A program made the position numbers and the translations under genes. From Octopus vulgaris (taxonomy: Eukaryota): a DNA stretch of 64,000 nucleotides. Under the pieces are notes generated by a model that saw only the letters and a list, made by a program, of their open reading frames with translations, did no database searches and was not told the DNA's origin. Positions 54,170 to 64,000 of this stretch are shown here, one piece after another (position 1 is the stretch's first letter; each line of letters starts with the position of its first letter). The stretch covers positions 66,464,001 to 66,528,000 of the forward strand of contig OX597826.1 in the NCBI GenBank assembly GCA_951406725.2. The letters are read 5' to 3'.

Positions 54170-54660
54170 CGGTGTTATGGTGCTGCACCGAAATTTTAAA
54201 TTCTCACACCTCAAATCATCCTTTTCTCTCAGCTTCTCTTTGAAAAATCTGAAGACAACTAAGCAAGATTCTTTGTTAAGCATCTGACCACGCAATGCTA
54301 ACTCGTAATAAACAACGTCCCTTCTATGAAAAGAGACTCAAAATCACCTTCACCTTTGAATGTTGCCAGCGTTCTGTTTAGGTAGAAGCGACGATAAACT
54401 AACCAACTGCGACGACCGCCATTTTGTGTTTCGATATCGTAGACGTACATCCAGGTTTCATGACCTGCAACAACACTTTCCAAGAAGATTTCATCAACAT
54501 TCGAACGGCCAAAAACCTTCTAGTTGACTTTGATTTGTTTCTCTGTTTCCTCATTATAGTTTGTCTGCAAAAGAAGCAGAAATTCTGCGGCAAAAAGATG
54601 ACATCTTCAATTTTTCTTTAACAATCATGCAACACAAAATTTTACAAATACCTACCTTCT
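54170..54660 (-). pseudogene. Mariner transposase remnant
   Basis: LESVVAGHETWMYVYDIET resembles the IVTGDETWVYxYDPET motif. Confidence 0.65.
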
Positions 54661-54882
54661 TTTTTTTTTTTTTTTTTTTAGAAATATCAGTGAAACAGCG
54701 ATCGTTCATCTTATATTTGTATCAGTCAAGCTGGGGCACCACATTAGAGAGTTTTTAGTGGTACCTTTTGCCGAACAGCTAGCTTACGAGAACGTAAACC
54801 GGTTGCCAAATGGTGGCGGTGGACAAACATCGACACAAGCACACACTTACATATACATACATACATACATACATACACACAC

Positions 54883-55387
<505 letters not shown>

Positions 55388-55475
55388 GGGTAAAAATTGA
55401 TATTAATTTGATCAATATCAATTTAAACCAGTGGCCTAGGATATTGAAAAAATCTGAATATTCAGAAAAATTATA

Positions 55476-55590
55476 TTATATACACATAAGAAGGATGACC
55501 ACTAGGTGGACATCCAATATGCTAAATGTAGGCCACATTTAGCATATTAGATGTCCACCTAATTGTCCACCCTCTTATATGTATATCTAT
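55476..55590. repeat. ~55-bp-arm palindrome
   Basis: AGGTGGACATCCAATATGCTAAATGT-aggcc-ACATTTAGCATATTAGATGTCCACCT, with weaker outer pairing. Confidence 0.85.
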
Positions 55591-55591
55591 A

Positions 55592-55634
<43 letters not shown>

Positions 55635-55636
<2 letters not shown>

Positions 55637-55896
55637 CCACTCTCCTGTCTTTGAAAAACCTTTCTTCACCCATTTCCTTCCGGTCTTTCAGAATGTGACC
55701 GCGTGTGTACCGTTGGCAATTTTTTTTCCTCTGTCTTCCCTTCTCTGGATCTTTCCTTCTCCTATGTTTCCGACGAAGAGCTCCGCTCGAAACGTTAAAC
55801 CCTCCTTCTTTCCTTCTTTCCTGAGCGTCCAATAATACTATATTTGTTCCACGTCCTCGCGTTGTTGTGTCTTTTTGTGCTTTCTTGTTTGGATTA

Positions 55897-55900
<4 letters not shown>
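55635..55900 (+). mobile_element. Family D HHR-bearing element (longest copy)
   Basis: Aligns with 27980-28185; (TA)n on both sides. Confidence 0.7.
55766..55800 (+). ncRNA. Hammerhead motif variant (family D, copy 3)
   Basis: GTTT-CCGACGA-A-GAGCtccGCTC-GAAACGTT-AAAC. Confidence 0.6.
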
Positions 55901-55950
<50 letters not shown>

Positions 55951-56069
55951 AGCATGACAGAACTCTTGTGTCACATACCCAACTGGAAACGGTGTTTCCT
56001 GGGGCTAAATAGCAGTAGTATTCTTCTCTTTCCTGGAACTGCCGCATTAAGTTGGCAACAAACCATCGC

Positions 56070-56257
56070 TATACATTATTTACATTATTTAGATTTGACA
56101 GATATTTAACCTCATCTTGTTTGTTGTTAACACAAAGTTTCGGCTGATCTATCCTCCAGCCTTCATCAGGTGTCTTGGGGAAATTTTTGAACCTGGGTTC
56201 TCATTACTAAGGTATTTTTCGATGTTATTATTATTATCATTATTATTATTATCATTA

Positions 56258-56305
<48 letters not shown>
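56070..56305 (-). mobile_element. Family E HHR element, headless copy
   Basis: Matches 20960-21130, followed by (ATT)n. Confidence 0.65.
56129..56174 (-). ncRNA. Minimal type I hammerhead ribozyme motif (family E, copy 2)
   Basis: Minus strand GACAC-CTGATGA-A-GGCTG-gaggatagat-CAGCC-GAAA-CTTT-GTGTT. Same family as 21012-21057, with the stem III G mutated. Confidence 0.7.
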
Positions 56306-56966
56306 CAACATATCCTTTGACTGACACGCTCTCTCTCTCTAACACATACATAAATGTATACAAACGTACATCAAAAACACACGTGTGTGTGCGCGTGCAC
56401 GTGAGAGAGAGAGAAAGAGAGAGGGAGAAAGAGAGAGAGAGAAAGTGGCGAAGAGAGAACATTGCAAATAATGAATGAAATAAAAATGAAATGAAAAAAT
56501 ATAAGCTCGTTAAAAACTATCTTGTACCGAATATTTGAATTTGTGAACTTAGTAAATATTTCTTTCAGTAACGTATTGTAGTTGTTTTCAAATGTTTAAT
56601 GTACGTTTGTATGCGTTTGTAAACCATCACTATATATATATATATCTTCTTATGTTAAATAGACATGTGTGTGTGTGTATTCGCTTTTCACGCTAAAACG
56701 GCTGCGCAAATTGCTTCCGTATTTGGGATTGCATGATTAATTTGACCTCGGATACATCATAGGGTCTTCAGTTTATTTTTTTAATTAAAAATAAATAATA
56801 TTGTTTTATATTTATGATTCACTTCTTTAAAAAGGTTTCTCAATGTCAGCTTCCGATATTGACGTAGCAGAGGCGAAATTTTCCATTTTCATTTTTCAAG
56901 TTTCTCACTCTTTATTTTAATGTTTTCAAGTTTTAACTCGCTATTTGCAAACATACATACATACAT

Positions 56967-57031
<65 letters not shown>

Positions 57032-57035
<4 letters not shown>

Positions 57036-57250
57036 AACAAGAAAACACAAAAAACACAACAACGCGAGGACGTGGAACAAATATAGTATTATTGCACGCT
57101 CAGGAAAGAAGGAAAGAAGGAGGGTTTAACGTTATATATATATATATAACGTTTCGAGCGGAGCTCTTCGTCGGAAACATAGGAGAAGGAAAGATCCAGA
57201 GAAAGGAAGACAGAGGAAAAAAATCGCCAACGGTACACACGAGGTCACAT
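57032..57250 (-). mobile_element. Family D HHR-bearing element
   Basis: Reverse complement of family D; (TA)n on both sides. Confidence 0.7.
57148..57178 (-). ncRNA. Hammerhead motif variant (family D, copy 4), interrupted at the cleavage site
   Basis: Minus strand GTTT-CCGACGA-A-GAGCtccGCTC-GAAACGTT, followed by (AT)n and a second AACGTTAAAC. Confidence 0.55.
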
Positions 57251-57260
57251 ATATATATAT

Positions 57261-57391
<131 letters not shown>

Positions 57392-57407
57392 CATACATAT
57401 ACATACA

Positions 57408-57437
<30 letters not shown>

Positions 57438-57439
<2 letters not shown>

Positions 57440-57775
57440 CGACGGGCTTCTTTCAGTTTCCGTCTACCAAATTCACTCACACGGCTTTGGTTGGCTCAAG
57501 GCTATAGTAGAAGACACTTGTCCAAGGTGTCACGTAGTGGGACTGAAACCGGAGCCATCTGGTTGGTAAGCAAGCTTCTAACCACATAGCTTGTTTCAGT
57601 CATTGGACGGCGCTCCTGAGAAATCACCTCCTTCGAATGTTTTAGTCGAATTAATCGGTCCAGTACATATTTTCTTAAGTCTGGTGTTCATTCGACCAGT
57701 CTCTTTTGACGAACCTGTCAGGTTACAGAGACGTAACCAAACCAAAACAATTTGCCAAGCAAACAAAATTACACA

Positions 57776-57837
<62 letters not shown>

Positions 57838-58290
57838 GTAAGCTTCCACACAGTTTCCATGTACCAAATTCACGCACATGGTATTACTCGGTCGGGGATT
57901 GTAGTAGAAGCCCAAGGAGCCGTGCAGTGGAATAGAATTGAAAACTACATGGTTACAAATTGAACTTCTTAACAACACGTCTAAGCCTACACACACACAC
58001 ACACACACACAAGCAATGCACCCCGGCGTCGCACGGGCATTATGACCTACAGCCATATTGTATTATTTGTTCCTTTGCTATGGACAGAAATCGGCACACG
58101 AGGAATATGAAACAAACAGCTCTTTATAAACATATTTTTCGGTCAGTTTCTGATGAACGACGCTGCAGTTTCCGTCTACCAAATTCAGTCACAAGTGTGT
58201 GGTTGGCTTAGGTACCATGCAGAGGGTCTGAATGTGGAACCATGTGGTCGGGAAGCAAACTTCTCAACCTCACAGTCATTCTTGCACCTA
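57438..58290 (-). mobile_element. Cluster of SINE B copies and fragments
   Basis: Pieces at 57438-57590, 57590-57985 and 58165-58290. Other partials at 30120-30310, 31915-32070 and 54735-54860. Confidence 0.7.
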
Positions 58291-58724
58291 ATGTGTGTGT
58301 GTTTACGTTTGTTGTTAAATCTGGTATTGTGTCCCACTACGTCTCAAAGTTGGTAGTTCATCAAGTAGACTTCTATGAAATAAATGCCAGATTGAAATAC
58401 GTACTGAGGTCAGTATAACCAATTAAATTTTTGAAGGTGATACACCATCATGGCGACAGACTTAACACAGGAAAATGATATTTAAAGACTTAATGGCTTC
58501 AAATTTAAGGTAATGGGTTACTAACCACAAGATAATGAATTCAAAACGCCTTATTGAACTCCCATTCTATACGATAACACTCTATGTACATCTAAGTCAA
58601 CTTGACTTCAAACAATTAACAATGGTAATTTGAAGTTGAATGGTTAACCATAAGAAAGATATCCAAATTTCTGAAAAAATTATTGTGGAAAATATTCTGA
58701 CAAAAAGTTTGTTTCACCACACCG

Positions 58725-58794
<70 letters not shown>

Positions 58795-59364
58795 ACACAC
58801 AAACACACACACACACACAAACACACACTTACTACACACTTACACATCTTACTACAAATAGTAGCCAAATCTCTCTTAAAAGACACCCATTCATCAAAAG
58901 AAAGACACAGAATTACAGTATTTCGGGAAGAATAAAACCCCCCCCCTCAGAAATTATGCGATGTGTTTGCTACATCAGAAGCAACTCTGGGCTAAACAAA
59001 ACACGGACAAAAATACTTCACATTAAAAGATTATCTTCTAAATAATACTAAATAAGTTGGCGGTATTTCTTCAAAGTTTCATTTCCTGGTAAAACTCCAT
59101 GTATTTTAAACATTTTCTCATTGACACATAAAGGATTTTCTGGCAGAATTGCTTCCTTTAGCTAAAGACCTCAAAATTGTCGACCCAACCTCATCGTAAA
59201 AAAAATGAGTTGCTGTGCAAAAAAAAACAAAGTTTATTTGGAAGCCAAAAGATTACTGAATCTTTTGATACATCATACGTCAAAATCGGCAATTCAGTTT
59301 TCAAATCCATAATGAACATACACACACACACACACACACACAAAAGCACACACATACACGCACA

Positions 59365-59420
<56 letters not shown>

Positions 59421-59443
59421 AAAGCACACACATACACGCACAG

Positions 59444-59496
<53 letters not shown>

Positions 59497-59562
59497 CTGT
59501 TTTATATACATACGCATGCATATATATATATACATATATTGATGTCTATATAATGTAAGTAC

Positions 59563-59595
<33 letters not shown>

Positions 59596-59665
59596 TACAT
59601 GTATGTATGTATATATATATATATATATATCTACATACATGTACATATACATATATATGTTTATA

Positions 59666-59729
<64 letters not shown>

Positions 59730-59730
<1 letters not shown>

Positions 59731-60480
59731 TTAACTTATAACTTAGAAAGGTTTTGGCCAGTATTGGCCCAGGCCATGTCTAACTTAATAGCACCACCTG
59801 GCGAAGTCTTTCAGTTCAGGATTTGGGCACCAAGGCCCATTCGAGCAGAGAGTTATTGTTTGCGGAGACATATCCGGGTGTGGGTGGTTTGTCCGGTACT
59901 GTTTGAAGGAATTTGTCCAAAGACTTCTTGAATTTTGTGTGGTCAGTTTCTTTTTTGACGTGCCCTGGTGTAATGTTGAAGAGAGCAGGTCCAATTGAGG
60001 TGAAATAGTTGTGCCGTATTGTCGTTATGTGATGCGATTTAGATTTTTGTTGTGGACGGATGGCACGTGGTCCAAGCCTTGGATGCATTTTGAAGGTGAT
60101 GCCAACATCATTCGGACAGTGCTGGTGGAATATTTTCCACATCATACAGATAATGTAGCGTTCACGGCGTCGTTGGAGTGAATACAATTTCAGCTTCTCT
60201 AGTCTACCCCAGTAGTCAAGGTCTGACATGCCATCTATCTTTTTTGTGATTGACCTTTGGGGAGCTTCAATTCTCATAATATTTTGTTTTGTGTAGGGAG
60301 ACCACAGTGGACAGCAGTATTCAAGGTGGGGTCGGGCAAAAGTGGAGAAGAGAAGGATAATAGCGTGGGAATCTCTCGACTGGAAGGTTCTGAGAATCCA
60401 GGAACACATTCTGCGGGCCATGTCAACTTTGCTGCTTATATGTGTAGCCCAGCTTATGTTGTTGTCCACTGTTACTCCCA
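59730..60480 (-). mobile_element. CR1-group LINE 5'-truncated copy with uninterrupted RT C-terminus
   Basis: ORF 59816-60547 with RPHLEYCCPLWSPY and DYWGRLEKLKLYSLQRRRER. 3' UTR with a TAAGT-repeat tail; sits in (TA)n. Confidence 0.88.
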
Positions 60481-61491
60481 TATATATACGTATGTATATA
60501 TATATACATACGTATATATGTATACGTACATAAACATACGCACACATTCATACACACACACATATGTATACTAAAAAATATCAAAGAAAATGTAATTCCT
60601 GCGTCCTGTACAATTATAACGTTATTATAACAATTATATTGTAATTGTTTGTGTTATGATGACATGTAAGAATTATTGAAACAATTGTAGGAAGTGAATA
60701 TTTGAAATATCAACTGATATTGTTTGTTATTTTTTGATGCACACACACACTTACACTATCCCTCTCTCTCTCTCTCACATACAGATGCATATGTACGTGT
60801 GTGTGTGTGTTTTTATGTGTGAGAGTGTTTCAAAAATCCCCGCACGCCATCCTACGCTCTCGTCATTTATTCCTTTTGCCCATCGTCTTTTTTCCTCTCC
60901 TCTCTTCTTATTTTTTTCTCTTTCCGATTTTTCTTACGAGAACCAAAAACCCATCTTCAATATCACTTCTCTCTATTGCGCACTTCTAATGGCCTGGCCT
61001 TAACCTTCATCGCATCGCCCCTCTTAAGAGTCCCGTGACCAAGAGACTCACTGCCTGTTTCCATGTGTATGTCTACGAGCGCGTAAATGCAATTCTGTGT
61101 TGATGAACCTTGCTTCTTTCCGCACGTTTCCATTACTCTCTTTTCCTCTTCTTTCAAGCCTAAGTTAACGGTTAGTTTGTTGTGCATATGTGTGATGTGC
61201 CTGAGCATGTGTGTGTTGCGTGTCTCTGAATATGTGCACCTGCTAACCTTTATCGCCCTCATTATGTGCAGTTTTTCCTCCTTCTGAAGAGATCCCGGTC
61301 AAAATCCGGCATGTGAGTTCAACCAATCATGTGTCCTTATCACATGATTGGTTGTCTTATGCATCCAGGATCTAGTGTTTTCCGGTGAGAGAAAGGAGCA
61401 ATGCGGTGGAGAAACTTTGCAGTGACAGCTGACTGGCTCAGCCGTAATAAACAATACATACACATACGCATGCACGCATATATAAATCATA

Positions 61492-61532
<41 letters not shown>

Positions 61533-61584
61533 GCGTAAACATACGCATTTGTATATATTTATGTATCCGTATAATTTATGCGTG

Positions 61585-61662
<78 letters not shown>

Positions 61663-61821
61663 CACACGCACATACATACACACAACTTTCACTTTTTCAA
61701 TCACTCGCCATTTCCCTCAATATCTTTCTCCCTCTGTAATATATATATGTGTATATATATATATTCACATACAGACATGCGTGCATTCATATCTGTATGT
61801 ATGTGTATATGTCTGTATACC

Positions 61822-61925
<104 letters not shown>

Positions 61926-62262
61926 TACGGACATCGACACACATGCAAACACATATACGTTGAAAATTATTCTAAAGTGACATGCCTCGACTTTTAGTTG
62001 CTCTGACACTCATCGGAAAGTGGTATGTTGTTGTGACATTTCTGTTCCATCTCTCCGTCGCTGCCCTCCACTTCACCCTTGATCTTTCTTTACCATCTCC
62101 CCATGTAGACATGCACATACATACATAGATGCATATACATGCTTACTTGCACATATATGCACGAACATACAGACGCACCTGCGTATGTAAATACATACAT
62201 ACATACGTACATACACATATGCATATATGTCTACATATGCGCATATGTATATGTGCATCTAA

Positions 62263-62303
<41 letters not shown>

Positions 62304-62373
62304 ATCTGTCTGTCTGTCTATCTGTCTGTGTATGTTCATATGTTTGTATACATATATACACATACATATACGA

Positions 62374-62420
<47 letters not shown>

Positions 62421-62559
62421 TATTCAATTTTTGTACATCACACCTAATACTCTAAACATATATATGTATATGTATATATATACACACTCACATATATATA
62501 TATAATTATACGAATACAGATACACCCAATTGAAGGAATATTTTTCTTTCGTTTGTTGC

Positions 62560-62619
<60 letters not shown>

Positions 62620-62621
<2 letters not shown>

Positions 62622-62805
62622 ACGGTAGCCACTACACACATTTTTTCTCTCCTTGTTTCTTTCTGTGTCCCTTTCTGTAGAAGAGCGTAGGCTGGAAATA
62701 TAAAAGACTTTTTAATATTACTGAGCGTTATACTAATACATCTGTTTGCTTTGTACACCACCTGTCTTCCTCTTTTGTTTGTTTTTTTTCGTAAAATCTC
62801 ACTAT
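62620..62805 (+). mobile_element. Family D-related element with HHR variant
   Basis: CTTT-CTGTAGA-A-GAGCgtagGCTG-GAAATATA-AAAG (62671-62706), downstream CTGAGCGTT, flanked by (TA)n. Confidence 0.5.
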
Positions 62806-63039
62806 ATATATATGTGTGTGGGGGGGGGGGGGACTGATAAGATTGATGTTACATGTAAGTCAAAATTTCATCCCTGCAACACACTATGCAATGTTGATTC
62901 CGCCTTAGAATTACATTAAAGGTAATTATGTTTCCGGAATACCCAACAAATTCATGAAATAACTCGCAAAGCAGTTGAACACCGATTTCCTAATCAATGA
63001 AAATCCATTCACTTCTATACACACGCATGTCTACGTTAT

Positions 63040-63195
<156 letters not shown>

Positions 63196-63240
63196 GTATC
63201 TATCTATCTATCTATCTATGTATGTATCTATGTATCTATG

Positions 63241-63295
<55 letters not shown>

Positions 63296-63371
63296 ATGCA
63301 TACGTTATATATATGTATATGTATGTATATATGTATGTATGTATGTATAGTATGTATGTATGTATGTATTA

Positions 63372-63490
<119 letters not shown>

Positions 63491-63569
63491 ATATGCGCAG
63501 TATGCCAATTCACTGTTATATAAGCAAATTTTCTACGCTTACATTTGGAGAGAAAAGGCAAGCACTCCG

Positions 63570-63960
63570 TCTTCTCGGATGATCAATCAACTGTTTACGT
63601 AACGTCTGTTCCCCAGTTCCTCTTACGAGACACGACTTTGTTTATTCTAATGTGTGAGCCATCTCTGCTTTCCATGCAATATTCTACACCGAATTTTCAC
63701 TTTGGAAGATACAGGTCTGCGCTTATTTACGTCCCACAGTGATTGATACTCATGTCTTATCGGTGACAAAAATCTCCAGCTGTTCTGATTCAAAATCTGC
63801 CTTCTTAACCCTCCCCACCATAAATACAGTTAGTTCATCTATCTTTTTACGAACTCCTCCGACCATCAACTCTTCCCTTCTTTCTGTTGCTTCTTCGAGG
63901 ACATCTATCTCATTTTAGCTCTTCTCTGGAGTGACGTTTCTCTAATATGACTTTAATGTT
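63570..63960 (-). mobile_element. Possible decayed LINE endonuclease remnant
   Basis: Weak motif traces (LMVGG, YGGEG) with many stops. Confidence 0.25.
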
Positions 63961-64000
63961 TGTAACCCTTCTTACCCCTTAAACCCTCTCTTTACAGATA

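Noticed and set aside
59816-60547. 243-aa ORF as a host gene
   Set aside because: It is a LINE RT C-terminus whose start codon comes from the flanking microsatellite.

Overview
AT-rich, microsatellite-saturated animal genomic DNA. The tRNA-derived SINE families and R4/Dong-type LINE fragments resemble those of an octopus (coleoid cephalopod) genome; this is inferred from repeat content, not verified. No intact host gene is recognisable, and nearly all supplied ORFs are translations of simple repeats. The window is a mosaic of tRNA-headed SINEs (called A, B, C, C2 here), decayed full-length mariner and Tc1 elements, MITEs, non-autonomous Helitrons, R4/Dong, RTE, CR1-group and other LINE fragments, and a 39-bp minisatellite. 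The main hidden signal is about 15-20 minimal type I hammerhead-ribozyme (HHR) motifs, CUGANGA-stem II-GAAA-short or palindromic stem III-UH, from several unrelated short non-coding repeat families. Most sit in (TA)n tracts, several lie in the loop of long inverted repeats, and one lies downstream of a tRNA-like Pol III head. With a Penelope-like ORF remnant nearby, this suggests a diverse population of Penelope-derived or retrozyme-like self-cleaving elements. Coordinates were read by eye and element edges may be off by several bases.
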